A stretch of 63,599 bases of DNA, counting the filler, from Octopus bimaculoides (taxonomy: Eukaryota): NCBI RefSeq assembly GCF_001194135.2. It is 4 parts of 4 records of this genome, joined end to end, with 100 filler letters (N's around TTAATTAATTAA, not from the genome) between each part and the next. Parts side by side here need not be neighbours in the genome. Positions count along the whole stretch, not along the records: positions 1 to 23,859 come from NC_069004.1; positions 23,960 to 55,440 come from NC_068990.1; 2 more parts are not named here. One strand, written 5' to 3'. The notes under the pieces are model-generated. The model saw only the letters and a list, made by a program, of their open reading frames with translations. It ran no database searches and had not been told where the DNA came from. Of the stretch, positions 22,438-37,242 are shown one piece after another (within the stretch, counting starts at the first letter, position 1; each line of letters starts with the position of its first letter). Made by a program: the position numbers and the translations under genes.

Positions 22438-23597
22438 ATAAAACTGTTTGTCCTACCTGAAATGTATATTGTTTTCATTTTATTAGTCATCTGTGAGATA
22501 CGTTACCAAGATTATTCATTTGGCAGAATCAGTAGAGCAGAGTTGTGGTGGGGCTTATGGGTTCTGAGTTCAAATCTTACGGGATTGAGTTTGCTATTTA
22601 TCATTGAGGTGTCAATAAAATATGAAATGTCAATTAACTACAGACTGTTCATTTAATTGATTCCACAAGCCATTCACAATCAATTACCATCACTTCCTCT
22701 GTCGGTAAATGGGAAAAAAGTCCTCAACATTTTTATTCTCTTTTATTTTTCACTTCTTTCAGTCATTGGACTACGGCCATTCTGCGACACCACCTAGAAG
22801 GGGTTAGTCAAGCAAATTGGCCCCGGTACACTTTTTAAAGCCTGGTTCTTATCCTATCTATACTTATGGCTGAACTGCTAAGTTACTGGGACATAAACAA
22901 ACCAACACCAGTTGTGAAGTGGTGGTAGATATAATCACAAACATAATGACAATGACACACGCACGTGCACGTGCACCGGTGTACATATATAAATGAATAT
23001 ATATATATACATACCTATACACATTTATACATACATACATACATACCTATATATATATATATATATAGGTATGTTTGTATGTATGTGTGTATGTATGTAC
23101 GTATATAAGATTAGTAGAGTTAGAGGTTGGAATACCCATCTAAGGGATTAAAGTATCCGTTATACTCCTGGGGCAATTACCTATGTTAATCCTGGACATA
23201 CATATGCAAGTATATTATGCTTATAGATTACAGGTAATGACAAAGGTAAACATGAATTTATCAGGAATCAAATTTAAAGTAAACAGAAAATGGAGAAATA
23301 TTGATCAACAGCAATTGACTTACATCAATTATTATTTTCTAATTCGATACAAATAGACTGCATCCCATCAAACAGCTATTTCTGCTTCGAATGTTATATG
23401 GTATTTCCATTGATATGCTAAAAAATAATATTCAACATATTTGGTAATAACCACTGATCTGGAACATGGAGCTTCATCAGTGTGAAGAAAAATACATAAA
23501 AAATACATAAAAAAATAGAAGAGCCTAGAGAGAAAAAGGAAAGGCTGAATATGTCTAAATCATAGCATTTTGTTTATGCATCTCTTTGGGATGTTGA

Positions 23598-23635
<38 letters not shown>

Positions 23636-23903
23636 CAAGGTTGAGGAGGGTATTGGATTTAACCAAACCCAAGAGAATACAGGTAATACCGAGTAAGTGC
23701 TGTATACCGACTAGTTTTGCCCCAGTCGTTGTATGAACAGGATTGGGGATTATAAGTCGTGTATTAGCGTGTGTATGTATAAATATATAAAAAGATAAAG
23801 AGAGCAATGGTAAGGTTGGAAATATATTTTATGGATAGAGTCTTACAGCTGTTTCTGAGNNNNNNNNNNNNNNNNNNNNNNNNNNNNNNNNNNNNNNNNN
23901 NNN

Positions 23904-23915
23904 TTAATTAATTAA
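23904..23915. other. Artificial scaffold linker TTAATTAATTAA between N runs (also 55485-55496 and 60572-60583)
   Basis: An identical 12-mer with stops in all six frames sits between N blocks three times. Confidence 0.9.
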
Positions 23916-24736
23916 NNNNNNNNNNNNNNNNNNNNNNNNNNNNNNNNNNNNNNNNNNNNATACATACATACATACGTATATACATATATATATATATAGG
24001 GGAGTATTGTAGTTCGCTTGAAGCATTGTGCATTGTTTGTAAAGAATAAAATGTTTTCAATGGTACAAAAATGCACTATAAGACAAACAATGGGCTATAT
24101 ACCTGTTGTAATTTAGTTATCCATAGTCCGATGATATTTCGGAATACAATTCCTCCTTCAGGTATTCTTAGATGGAGTCGCTGCTATAATCGGTTTTCCA
24201 ACGGCTTTTCTTTTTTCGGGAGCGTCTCAGCAGCGGTCTCACGAAGCTCTTTCCGGAATTCTTCATGAGAAGTGCATGAGGTCAGCTATGTTTCAATCTC
24301 GTGTGTGTTGGTACATCTGTAACGTTGCTTCTAAGTTATGTATTATACGTGCAGCTTCCTTCCCCCCCTCCCCCTTCCCCTTTGGCACATTAATTAATTG
24401 AAGTAACACAAAATTAGTCCGTGTTAGCCAAGAAGATGCAAGTACTATTTACAAGATTCTCTCCCATAATGATACTGCCATTCGGTTAGTGACATTTGAT
24501 TGCATTACATGGAGTCTTGTTTATTTTTCCTAGTAGATCCTCTATCATCTAGTCGTCGATGCGTAACAGCATCTTTATTGAGGCGTTACTGATTCTGGTT
24601 CTGTATTCTTTCGACTGTTTGTTAGTGTTAATACAGATGCAATACAGCATTGGTTAACGTGTCTGGAAGTATAAGCATTCAGGCGGGGCTGTTATTCATT
24701 TATTCTCCCTTGCTACCTGAGTATTCTAACTTTTCT

Positions 24737-24972
24737 TATTTCTTTATTGCCCACAAGGGCTGCACATAGAGGGGACAAACAAGGACAGACAAAGGGATTG
24801 AATCGATTACATCGACCCCAGTGTGTAACTGGTACTTAATTTATCGACCACGAAAGGATGAAAAGCAAAGTCGACCTCGGCGGAATTTGGACTCAGAACA
24901 TAGCGGCAGACGAAATACCGCTAAGCATTTCGCCCGGCGTGCTAACGTTTCTGCCAGCTCTCCGCCTTAGGC
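24737..24972 (-). mobile_element. tRNA-derived SINE with an 18-bp target-site duplication
   Basis: Family of 5544-5768. GAGTATTCTAACTTTTCT occurs at both 24719-24736 and 24973-24990. Confidence 0.9.
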
Positions 24973-25426
24973 GAGTATTCTAACTTTTCTGGCTTTGGAA
25001 GAGGTTCGACCAATCGTAAATCCTTTTTAGGCGCCCTATTATGAATATCTGCTTGCTTACTTTTCAAGTAGAAACAATTAAATATTGAAAGGAATATCGA
25101 AACTGAATGACTAAATCAAGAAATTTAGAACTGCTTGCCTAAGCGGGCAACATCATGGTTTTCATTAGTGATGACGACGACGACGATGATGGTGACGATG
25201 GTAGTGATGATGATGATGGCGATGATGATGATGATGTTATGTCGAGGTGGAAGCGGATAATGAGGAGAGGGAGAAAGAGAGAGAGAGAGAGACAGAGATT
25301 TATAGGGAGAGGAAAACCGAAACAGGGAGGTTGCAAAATCCATTTAACTCTTTTCTGAAGATGGATGGGCTACCCGTAATGGTAAAACATAACGAATGAA
25401 ATTATACGAAATGTATATGTGTATGT

Positions 25427-25479
<53 letters not shown>

Positions 25480-25664
25480 NNNNNNNNNNNNNNNNNNNNN
25501 NNNNNNNNNNNNNNNNNNNNNNNNNNNNNNNNNNNNNNNNNNNNNNNNNNNNNNNNNNNNNNNNNNNNNNNNNNNNNNNNNNNNNNNNNNNNNNNNNNNN
25601 NNNNNNNNNNNNNNNNNNNNNNNNNNNNNNNNNNNNNNNNNNNNNNNNNNNNNNNNNNNNNNNN

Positions 25665-25718
<54 letters not shown>

Positions 25719-28700
25719 TAAGAATTTTACAGCCGGTATCTTTTCTTTCTTGAACGTTGTAATCTCTTTCAAATAAAATAAAAATTATATGAAATTGGAT
25801 AGCTTACACTAATCTGCGGAATGTGTCGACAGTATTAAAAGCCATAGATATAATTTTCTTTGAAATATTGAACGAAAACTGAATGTTTATTATTGGAAGA
25901 CGACGTACCGCTCATCACCTTTCGGAGGCAAGTGAAGATGTGTGACTAGAACAATGGCTTCTATAAATTAGTAGTAAAAAGCAACTGCTTACAAATCTCT
26001 AAGAATTTAATTCAAAGACACTGATTTTTGATATTACCCGTGAGACGTATAAATTTATATGTGCTGATAATATAATTCTTTACTCAACTGAGAAACAAGC
26101 AAATATTTGCAAATATGTATTACATTTTTGTCATTATGGAAAAATAAATGATATATCGAGTGAATAGCTGTACAATTTTATCACTGTTTAAGATTTTTCA
26201 TGGCCATTTAGAAACAGTATATGCGGTGTGTTGCTTTATAGTATACATAGATCTCCTGATTAGAAATAGTTGTCTCATTGGTCAAATGAATATATGAGGA
26301 TAAGTTTTATAAATGTTGTCTTTCGCGAATATGTTTATTGCATATATGGAATGGAATCTCGTTTTTACTCAGATAATTTGGGATGTACGTGACACTAAAA
26401 TGCTTAATTTTGTGAATGAAAATATAAAAATTACTGATATAGTGAAACACATACTAGAAAATATAGAACTGGAAGGACTGCGAATAGTTTCAGCATGAAC
26501 TATAGAGCAAACGTGACAATTCAGAGTGAGAGAAGTTGTTAATATGAGTTTATCAATGAAGCTTTGTTATATAGTTATGAGAACAATTGTACTAATTTTC
26601 GAAAGTTACTTTACAGCCATTTACTATTTTACAGTCGTTTGGCACCATTATATATTTAATAATTTCTGCAGCACAACATTCTGTTACATAACGTGAAATT
26701 GCGATAATTCAACAAGAACTAAATTATAAATACCCGAGCGATGCTTGTGAGAAATACTTTAATAGACAAAATGTAAGAAAAGAGTTAATTGGAATAGCTT
26801 ACGTTGACTGATGTGATGATCAGACATCAGGCATTAGTTATATTGCAGACTGGTTCAATTTTGTTTCTTATCGTTCGGGTACCAAAAGAATTGATCAATA
26901 ACTGCTTATTTATGCTGCACAGATGTCACAAATAAAATTAACTGTTGTACAGTTTCCAAAAAGACTGATGCCTGATGCCTGTATCAAGGAATGTTAAGTC
27001 TTATAACTTTCAGCAGAATATGTCAATGAGATTTATTCATAGCAAATTGAACTGAGGTGCGGAAAATAGCCAAACCAATCGTCAATTATTCTTGATTCTT
27101 CTGGTTCTAACTATGAAAGTATTAATGCATAATATGAATAGATATACAGGTGCATTGAGCTATCAAAAGTCAAGCAGAGTTATACGTTATGAGAAACCGA
27201 ATACAATCTTACTACAGAATCAATTATACGTGGTTTGTTAAAGCAACTACCCGAGTCTAATACTACACTAAATAACAACAACTGTTAAACTATCTACACG
27301 TATTAAAGTTGTCTTAACAGAACTGCCTCCCATTCTTTGTATGAAGTAGCTATTGTTGTTTACCCAAGGGTTACTACATTTCAAGCAGACATAGGATTAA
27401 AAGCCTCTCAAGCTTTACCATCCTATCTTTTTCTATAACACGTGTTACTGTTAGAAAATTACTATTTGTATGTCTCAGAACCAGAGATATTCAACCTTTT
27501 AGAGAGAGATGTTTGGGCATGTCAGGCAACTTTCTCCTCGTGAACAAGAAAATGTCTGTTGAATTTATAAAGTGATAATGATGGATGCCGCGCGTCATAC
27601 GTAAGCTTATCTGCAATCTAAATATTTTTAAAGTTTACAAATATCAACTTATACATATAAAGATTTTGCTTAACATATTTCTACACATTTAGTATATATC
27701 TGAACACTGTAAATATCGAAGAAGTGGTGAAATTTAAAAGTTTATATATTACTGGCAGTTGCAGCGTTCCAGTTGATACATCATCTTATAATATCTATGC
27801 TTTATATATCCGAAAATATAGTTTAGTTTATATTACAGTAGTGATAGTATAGGTTCACAACTGTTAGTAATCAGTTCCCCAGGAATACCCTAAAGTAATT
27901 CTGACTTTGAATCACAATAAAAGATTTTCGTCGTTTAGTGTAATTTTTTGAAAAGAAACGAAAGAGAAAGGATATGAAAAATATAGAAGTTTCAGAAATG
28001 GTTCAGGTATAACTTTAATGTGGTGACTCTAAATCTGTCACTCATTATTTTCTTAACACTGCATACTTTTTATAGAAACTTTTGAACAGATATCTATTCA
28101 AAAGATCAGGTTACAAATGTGTTAATTAATTTGAAAGTGCTTTTAGGATTACATTGTTATTAAGGAAGGAAAGAAGCACGTAACTTTTTAACCAGTGCAG
28201 TTTATAGAAGAGAACTATGACGTCATTCTCTTGAATATAAAGTATTGAATGAGTTTTACTTGTAAGAGAATCCATATTGCAATGACATCTACGCATACAG
28301 ATACTTGTATTTCTGAACATATATATGTGAACAGAACATGCATCTATACATACATACATACATACATACATACATGCATACATACATAATACATACATAA
28401 TACATACATACATACATACATACATACACACACACATGCATATATATATATATATATATANNNNNNNNNNNNNNNNNNNNNNNNNNNNNNNNNNNNNNNN
28501 NNNNNNNNNNNNNNNNNNNNNNNNNNNNNNNNNNNNNNNNNNNNNNNNNNNNNNNNNNNNNNNNNNNNNNNNNNNNNNNNNNNNNNNNNNNNNNNNNNNN
28601 NNNNNNNNNNNNNNNNNNNNNNNNNNNNNNNNNNNNNNNNNNNNNNNNNNNNNNNNNNNNNNNNNNNNNNNNNNNNNNNNNNNNNNNNNNNNNNNNNNNN

Positions 28701-28858
28701 NNNNNNNNNNNNNNNNNNNNNNNNNNNNNNNNNNNNNNNNNNNNNNNNNNNNNNNNNNNNNNNNNNNNNNNNNNNNNNNNNNNNNNNNNNNNNNNNNNNN
28801 NNNNNNNNNNNNNNNNNNNNNNNNNNNNNNNNNNNNNNNNNNNNNNNNNNNNNNNNNN

Positions 28859-28912
<54 letters not shown>

Positions 28913-29860
28913 GAGAGAGAGAGACAGTGAGAGAAAGAGAGAGCGTGAGAGCAAGAAAGAGAAACAGAAAAAGAGAGAGAAAAAAATTATCGGATAAAAT
29001 AGTTCGCTATTTATACATATGCTCGTCAATTTCCCCGAATTGTTAAACTCAAATGTGTCTCATTAGTGTTTATATAACGGTATTCCTAATCATTTGAATA
29101 CTACTTGGTAATTTGGTAGAAAATAACCTAAATGAATACTTTTTATATACGTCTAATATTAAGTGATCTGACGATTTCCTTGTATTGCAAAATTGCATTG
29201 TCTCGACTATTTTGCTATCAAATGCATAGCTAGAAATTCCGTAATTTTGGAGAAAGCGTTAGACGAAAAATCAATACTTGTTGGTTATACGCCAAAGCAT
29301 ATTAAATATACTGACAAAATGTATTACTTGAAACAAATTCTCGAGCTATTTAGTTTTACGTAAAATACCCATGGCAACAAAATAATAGAACTTAAAGTTT
29401 TTAACCTCATAACTGGAGGTTTCTGCCAAATATCGGTCAATAACTGTTAATATTGAATAACCAAACAGTAGTGAGTATTGGGTGTCTATTGCAAACATCA
29501 ATATGTTTTAGTTTAGATGGACAATTGGCGAGGTCATTGAATCTGATGTATGTATTATGTATACCTTTATGTATGTGGGAGTGTGGCGTTTTTATGGGTG
29601 GTGAGTGTGTTTGGTGTTTACGTTTACATATGTATATTTCAATTTCTCACATTTCTTTGTGAATGTATACATTATTCATATGGGAGTGACCGTTTAAGAT
29701 GTAGGGAATAAGTATAGAGAGTATTGTATAGTATAAATACTTAAATTATTACAAAACTATAATGATATGGACGGACCAAAAACCATTTGTGACAATAACG
29801 CTTGTTGAAAGACATTGAAATTTCTAGCACACCCAGGAAATATTTCCTTCTAAACAAACA

Positions 29861-30658
29861 GTTCGGAGAGCTTAATGACCACCTAGATAACCCAGTTTCC
29901 ACAAAACCTATTCGGTAGGAGCTGCACAAAGCCGGATTTCACGGGATGGCTGCAATCAGAAAACCACTACTTTCAAAAACAAACGTAGCAAAGCGTTTCG
30001 TAAAAACCTACAAAATTGGTCCCTAGAGCAGTGGAAGAATTTTATTTTCTCTAACGAGTCATCCTTTACCTTATTTCCGACCACCGGCCGAGTATACGTG
30101 TGGAGACAGCCAAAAGAAGCATTTGACCCAGACTGCCTTCTTCTAACTATTAAACACGGAGGAGGATCTGTGATGATCGGTGGGGCTATATCTTGGAAAT
30201 CCGCCGGCCCAATGGTTTCATTTGATGGCTGAATTAATAGTCAAGACTATTTAAGCATTTTATCAAATCAAATTCATTCGGAAACTCAATCTTTCAGGAT
30301 GATAATGCACCAATTCCCACAGCTAAAGTTGTTACTGAATGGCACGGGGAACACTCTAGTGAAGTTGAACATCTTATCTGGCCACCACAGTCTCCAGATC
30401 TCAATATTATTGAACATTTATGGTGCATTTTAGAAAAGCAAGTAAGGAGTCGATATCCTACACCATCATCACTACAAGAACTGGAGACTGTTTTAGCTGA
30501 AGAATAGACAAAAAATCATTTGGAAACAATTCAAACTTTGTACGAGTCCATACCTCGTAGAATTCAAACTGTAATTACTGCTAAAGGAGATCTTACCCCA
30601 TATTAAAATAAATTTGTTTGAAATTTTAAGGTGTTTCTATTATTTTGTCCAACCCCTG
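29861..30658 (+). mobile_element. Tc1 (DD34E) transposon remnant, 5' part lost
   Basis: ELHKAGFHGMAAIRKPLLSK, IFSNESSF, KHGGGSVMI, FQDDNAP, WPPQSPDLNIIEHLW; stops and a deletion. Right end ...TTTTGTCCAACCCCTG|TA (30658). Confidence 0.9.
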
Positions 30659-30660
30659 TA

Positions 30661-31990
30661 AGTGCTGATCCTCGGTACGTATGCACTTATGCTTGCAACC
30701 CTTCTGCTCATGTGGCAGGATTCCATTTTTTCCAAATGTCCGGACATTGACTATGCGACTATTCCAGTCAATAATTTCCGCATAAGTAGTAAGCAGGATA
30801 TCAGCCTGTAATTATCTACCGTATTGACTTTTCCTATGTTTTTCAAGCACATCACTGTCCTACCCATTGAGAACCACTCTGGTGTTACTTGGTCGGCATT
30901 TAACAAGGTGTTAAGTTGTGCAGCTATTCGTGCATGGCATTCACCAAATCTTTTGCTCCAGTAGCCTGTACCTCCATCTGCTCTCGGGGCCTTCCAGTTG
31001 CCCATCTCTTTGCCGATGCGTAGTTATGTGGCATAGGCGCAGGCGTGGCTGTGTGGCCAGTAGCTTACTTACTAACGACATGGCTCTGGGTTCAGTTCCA
31101 CTGCGTGGCACCTTGGGCACGTGTCTGCTACTATAGCCGTGGGACAACCAAATCTTTGTGAGGAGATTTGGTAGGCGGAAACTGGAAGAAGTTTTGGACA
31201 GACTACTGTTTGTTTCAGTTCTTGCACCATTCTTTGCTCCAGATGTCACTCAAAAACCTTTGACTTTCAATGTTATCTGGCACCAACTTTTCATCTGTAC
31301 ACTCTCCATTTATTTCTTTATCTCTTCTGTTCTACTCTGAATAACCTATTTTGTTGGTGATCCTTCATTTTTGGTCGTATCTTACCATCTTTGCTTTCTT
31401 GCAACGCAGTGTTGTTTCAGGTCTTCTATTACAACTTACAGCCCTTTTCTTTCAATATTATACTTCTTGTTCAGTGCCCTGTATTTTTGTTCGCTTTTAA
31501 GCTCTCCCTTTTCTTTTTGGTCTAACATAGAAATGTCCTTTGAGATCATATCTAACCCCACCTGTATTCTTCTTTTCCACCATGGATGTTTTCTTTTGTC
31601 ACTCCCATTTACATTTCATTTTCTCGACATCAACACCCACATTTTCTGCTACAACAATACTTGCAGTCTTAATCAAATTATTTGTTTCTGTGATGTTTTT
31701 TGTTCTGATGTATTTCAGAATTTCATTCACACTTTCCACCGATCAACCTTTTTAAGGCTGCAAAGAATATCGCTATCGTTCTCCTGTAGCCTTGCCTTCA
31801 TTCTGTCGTAGATTGCCTTTTGCCCATCTGTCACGTCACCATTAGTTTTATTGTCTTCTTCCAAACCATCAATATGTCTCTCATCGAGCAAGCTATCACT
31901 ATTCCTTCCCTGTGGTTTATTAATGATTTCACCTCTGTTTTCTGCAAACCCTCCTACCAATATGGTAAGAGATGAAAACTTCCCTCCCCT
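30661..31990 (-). mobile_element. R4/Dong-clade LINE ORF fragment, interrupted by a SINE
   Basis: Minus strand: SLKKVDRWKV, QNRLFRVEQKRYKEINGE, NWKAPRADGGTGYWSKRF, PEWFSMGRTV and DNYRLISCLLLMRKLLTGI (RT N-terminal region). Multiple stops and frameshifts. Confidence 0.8.
31036..31191 (+). mobile_element. Truncated SINE (family of 718-1127)
   Basis: Head GGCGCAGGCGTGGCTGTGTGG...GGTTCAGTTCCACTGCGTGGCACCTTGGGCA; inserted in the R4/Dong fragment. Confidence 0.8.
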
Positions 31991-32137
31991 TCCCTCTGCC
32001 ACGGGCAACAATAGAAGGGAGGGGAGGAGGAGATGAACAAGACTGTCATGGTACATAGTACAACAAAGAATAGCAGCAGAAATACTAACAGCGGTAGAAA
32101 TGACAAGAGCAGCAGCTGCAACATCGACAACAGCCGC

Positions 32138-32210
<73 letters not shown>
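32138..32210 (+). repeat. (AGT)n microsatellite within a GCA/ACA-rich low-complexity tract
   Basis: Directly visible; the source of poly-S/V/T/L ORFs. Confidence 0.95.
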
Positions 32211-32213
<3 letters not shown>

Positions 32214-32969
32214 AGAGCAGCAGCAACGACTAAAACTAAAGCAGCAGCAGTGGCAGTACCGATATCAACAACAATAACAACAACAACGTGAGCAAAAGTG
32301 ATGACAGCAACAACAAAACCAATACCAGCAACATCGACGAGTGCTTGTGAGTGCATATGTGTAGTCTTTCTGTGTAAAGAAAACTTGAATACGATAGACG
32401 ATAACATTCGTAAATCTAGAAGTTTTAATTAGTTCACGATAGCAACGACAGAAATCATTGAAATATATTCATTCTGGACATTGTATATCAAACAGAAAAT
32501 TTTTTTTAATGTGTTTACCGTGTAAATTGTCTTCCGCGGTTTGTAAAATTATGTATTTTAGTAGTCTGACTAAATTGAGAAGTGTGACAAATGTTTTTTG
32601 CAAGATGTGAAACTGTTTCTATTTTTAGTGCTTCCCCACGTCTTACACTAAAGGTCATTCAACCATCACTTGTAAATTTAGCGGCTGTTTGGTGACACCA
32701 AATACAAACAAATTACAGAATTTTCGAGTGAAATGGCATAAATGTCAAACTGATTCAAATATCGTTGTTGCATCTATATGTACATACGGTGAAATCATTG
32801 TTTTGAATTTATTGTCGTGCAAAACTTGTATACCTGTAGTAAACGGCACACGTACACGGACAAACATACTCACACACGTACTCACACGCACGCATACACT
32901 CAGAAGCACACACACACGTACACACACGCGCATACACAATATGTATATGTATACGTATATATGTGTGTG

Positions 32970-33037
<68 letters not shown>

Positions 33038-33159
33038 TACACATCTTACTTGGTCACAAGAACAGAGATGAAAGGAGATGAGACAAGTATATCAGGAACG
33101 CAACACTATTAGAGTCACAATCCAGCACGGGTGTCACATGAGGTTCACCAGAGTTGTTC

Positions 33160-33560
33160 AGTTTAGCCCACTCTCAGAGAATGGACTCCCATCTAACACT
33201 GAACTGAAGAGCTAGTTGCAAGGATATAATCTTGTCTATGTCAAGAAAGTTCTTCTGTCGGGAGATATCGTAAGCAATAATGAATTGATACATTCGCTCA
33301 AATTTCGTTGGTCGTATTTCTGCGTTGCTCAGGTATATATCGGATTTGCAACGTTGACATTTGCTTGATATAAATAGCTTTTGAGTTTTGTTTTCACTAT
33401 GGCAATAGGCAATACTGCTATACCACCATTGAAGATAGTCGTGCTTCGAGCTTTCTTTACATGCAGGTTTGGTGTGTGGTGTCAATGTTGAGAGTGGATG
33501 ACGCATGTTTGGTGGGTATATAGGAAGAATGTAAAGTAGTGTTATCTGCGTAAGACGCAC
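33160..33560 (-). mobile_element. Degenerate L2/CR1-like LINE reverse-transcriptase fragment
   Basis: Minus strand ASYADNTTLHSS (YADD-like), then after a frameshift QWW..KTQKLFISSK, the usual downstream KTQ motif. Confidence 0.6.
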
Positions 33561-35099
33561 GTTATTGGTGTGTTAATGTATAAGGAAACAGAAAGTAAGT
33601 TATAAAGCAAAACTCTTAGGAATACTGTAGTTGATAGCACGCTTCTTATAGCTGATAAATTATTTTTCATTTAATATGCCAATATTTAAAACTATTGTTT
33701 TCATTTGTTAATTGCGACATTGGTGTCATTATAATTTCGGACGCTGAGAGTGATAGAAACTGCATTCGTTAACCTGCTGCAATTAATCATAGACCTTATA
33801 TATTGACATTCACTGGTATTATAGTGTTGATGAAAGTAATGTCTCAGTTCAACTTCCATATACGTAACCTTCTTAATCTTCAGTTTGTCAGTAGTTAAAA
33901 AATAGAAATTTATCATGAGTTGTTGATTCCGTAAATCATTTCAGAGAGGATATATTTATTATGTAAATTTTTGCGCATATCTAAAATAATTTAATTCAAT
34001 ATTTAAATGCAATACCTACTTCTTTTATATTTCTTTTCCTGCAATTTCATGTCTTCGTGTTGAACAGTTTTAGATATTTCTTACTTTATTTCATCTTTTT
34101 AGCAATGTTTATATTATTCCTAATATTTGTTTCAATATAATATTCATGTCGAATGCGAAAGCCCCTAGACGTTTGGTAATTATGGAAACCCTCCCAAAAT
34201 AATTTTATATTCGAAAATTTTATACAAAATCGATATATTTTAGTCTATTACACGTATTATACATAAGTGTATCATTTATCCCAGTCAAAATGCGAATTCA
34301 AATATAATCCTAAAATGATGTAATATTCTGCATCATGTGTGCTGGTATATTTTAAATCCTATGAATTATTATCAGAAATCTGCTACGCCTTTGGCACGAA
34401 GAAAATTGACTTTTCAACCAATTTAATGTATAACAGTTCAGTTTAACTACATTGAATTGATTTCAATTTTTGTATATAATCATTTTAAAGAATTTCAATA
34501 TATATTTAGTTCTTTAAATTTCAATTTTATTTATATCGCAGTATGCGTTAGTACGTTTGATGTTGCGTACAATCATCAAGAGCATTTCTTGCATCAAGAC
34601 AAATAATTTTTTGCCTGTACCAGCTTAGGGAAAGACTAGCATAGGTACACGCGTACACAGACATACGTGCATCGATAAACATACATAAATTTATTTTGTG
34701 CATGTATATATATTTTCACAATATTCCTGTAAAGTGCTTTAACATAAAGACCAATAAAATGCAACCATTTTTATAAGCAGACGATAGAAACTTCAGGTTG
34801 TCAGTAATAAATTCTGATACCTTCAAAGAATATAATCGGGTACTAGCAACTCACAATTCTTCCAATTTGCAGGATAAAAGGAAGATTTAATGAATTTTTG
34901 ATAAATATTATAACGATTATATTATAAAACAATTTTTTAATTTTTTATAAAATTGTGAATTATTATATAAACTATATTGCTATAAATCTAAAATATCGCT
35001 TTGTAATTTCTAATAGTTTACATTGTTAAAAAAAAATTAATTGTTGTATAAATAATGACTCAATATTTAATTAAAATTGTGACATAATTTCTATAAGCA

Positions 35100-35340
35100 T
35101 CTTATTTTGGTAGATGACCATATGAAAGTACTGCGGGCACGCAAGCATCAACCAGCAGCCCACCATCTCATGGCTATCCGTTTAATGCGCTGGTACGGAC
35201 ATATCTTCAGTATCCCTGTGAATCATCCTATAAGGGCTTTAATCTTATTTGAAGCAACAGCTGCGGGTTGGAAGAGACCTATCAGATATATATGAGAGGT
35301 TTATAGAATAAATTTGATTTAGCGGATATCTCTCCTAGTG
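35100..35340 (+). mobile_element. RTE-like LINE C-terminal fragment
   Basis: AIRLMRWYGHIFSIPVNHPIRALILFEATAAGWKRP resembles the RTE RLRWFGHV..R..GWKRPRG motif. Confidence 0.6.
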
Positions 35341-36539
35341 AAACTAGTTTGATTTTGGCCCGGGGTTTTGGTATTTTTCTGCCTTTCTTCAATTTTAAGT
35401 CTCTTCACTACCATTTTCCACCTCTCCCTCTTCCTCTTCCCAAAATTCTCCACAGAGCTATGCGTTGATGCTACACATTTGTCTATGATAAGCTCTTACT
35501 GGGAAAGATTTCTGTCCACTCAACTTTCTGTCAAAATTCTCTCCACTCAACTGATCAACCAATTGCCGTGATTTTTCTGTTTAATAAACTCTTGCTTTTG
35601 TATTCAAATTTTTCATATATCTTTTCGGTGTATATGTGCATCGGTACCTGAAGGCAACTCCATATTTAGAGCAACTGTAAAAGAAATTATTGAAAATAAT
35701 ATTGATGAAAATGTATTAAAATCTAAGACAAACCGTATATTTCCGCCTGAAACCATATAATTTTCACACAAATAACCAGAATCTGTTTGCAAAAAAGAAA
35801 ATAAAGCAATTGTCGTTGAATAAAGCGTGGAAGTATCCACTTATTTACCGGCAATAATAACGACGACCACGGTGAATACGATAATAATTTTCCTCATAAC
35901 AACAACAACAGCAATAATAATAAACACAAAAACAATAACGATGTATTTTTTATTTAATCTTTATTTTTCAATTCAATGTTATATAATTTTTTTTTGGATT
36001 GGTGACTACACTTGTTGTGATTTAACATCATTATGCAAACCAGAATATTTTAAAATATATTTGCACCCCTGATCTTCTAAATTTCAAAGCTTACTCTAAA
36101 TATTTTATTTCAATGTTTGGTACATTCATTTATATTCAAATCTTCTCCAAAACAAAATGCCGGAGAATATTTTTTCCAAATAATGAATATTCGTTGACAT
36201 GTTTCATACATTTATCGTCTATGTCAAACACATTGTTATTCATATCTCCACATTTGAGAAAAATAAGTAGAAAAAAGAAAAAAAAGATATAAAACATTGG
36301 TAATAAATTAGGTTGTTAGATTAGGTCTTAGGGAATGAACATTCATCGAAGAGATTTGAAACAATAACATCATGGATCACTGAAGTTCGTAGAAATAAGT
36401 TTAGCTTTTATACGCATATATGTATATATATATATATGTTTATATACCTACATATATACATATATATACCTATATATACATATATTTATACATATATATA
36501 TACATATATACATTTATATGTGTATATAGATATATACAT

Positions 36540-37242
36540 ACACACATACATATATACATATAACATATCTATGTAGATATGTATGCATCCTTTCATGTAT
36601 ATGTGTATACGACTTTTATGTGCCCATGGTATTCATGGTTAGCTAACCATGCACGCGGAAACATACATTTACATAAGCACACATACACACATACGGAGAC
36701 ATAAACGTTCAGGCATACAGAGAAAAGCGTACATGCATACGTACAAGGATNNNNNNNNNNNNNNNNNNNNNNNNNNNNNNNNNNNNNNNNNNNNNNNNNN
36801 NNNNNNNNNNNNNNNNNNNNNNNNNNNNNNNNNNNNNNNNNNNNNNNNNNNNNNNNNNNNNNNNNNNNNNNNNNNNNNNNNNNNNNNNNNNNNNNNNNNN
36901 NNNNNNNNNNNNNNNNNNNATACATAGGGAACTTTATATAATTATAGACAAATTATTAAACACACATTTACACGAAGACGCACAAACACATACGTATATA
37001 TATACATATATATATGTATGTGTGTATATATACACACATACATATATACATATAACATATCTATGTAGATATGTATGCATCCTTTCATGTATATGTGTAT
37101 ACGACTTTTATGTGCCCATGGTATTCATGGTTAGCTAACCATGCACGCGGAAACATACATTTACATAAGCACACATACACACATACGGAGACATAAACGT
37201 TCAGGCATACAGAGAAAAGCGTACATGCATACGTACAAGGAT
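36540..37242 (+). repeat. ~210-bp exact duplication across an N gap (36540-36750 = 37032-37242)
   Basis: Offset 492; the first copy ends at the gap. Probable assembly artefact. Confidence 0.85.

Noticed and set aside
22115-22656. Long ORFs with poly-M/V, poly-S/P and poly-T/I in several frames
   Set aside because: Translations of a compound trinucleotide microsatellite plus an N gap; no splice signals or homology.
23904-23915. TTAATTAATTAA recurring three times
   Set aside because: Always embedded between N runs; an artificial contig linker, not a biological motif.
24140-24180. Minus-strand CTGAAGG-AGGAAT..ATTCC-GAAATATC hammerhead-like motif, and a GAAACAGCTGTA half-motif at ~23825-23838
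   Set aside because: The first has a core substitution and no stem I; the second is cut by a gap. Probably PLE-derived remnants, but not supportable as ribozymes.
26640-27610. AG...GT-bounded segments (e.g. 27479-27600) as exons
   Set aside because: Stops in the tested frames and no recognisable protein; cannot be supported as coding.
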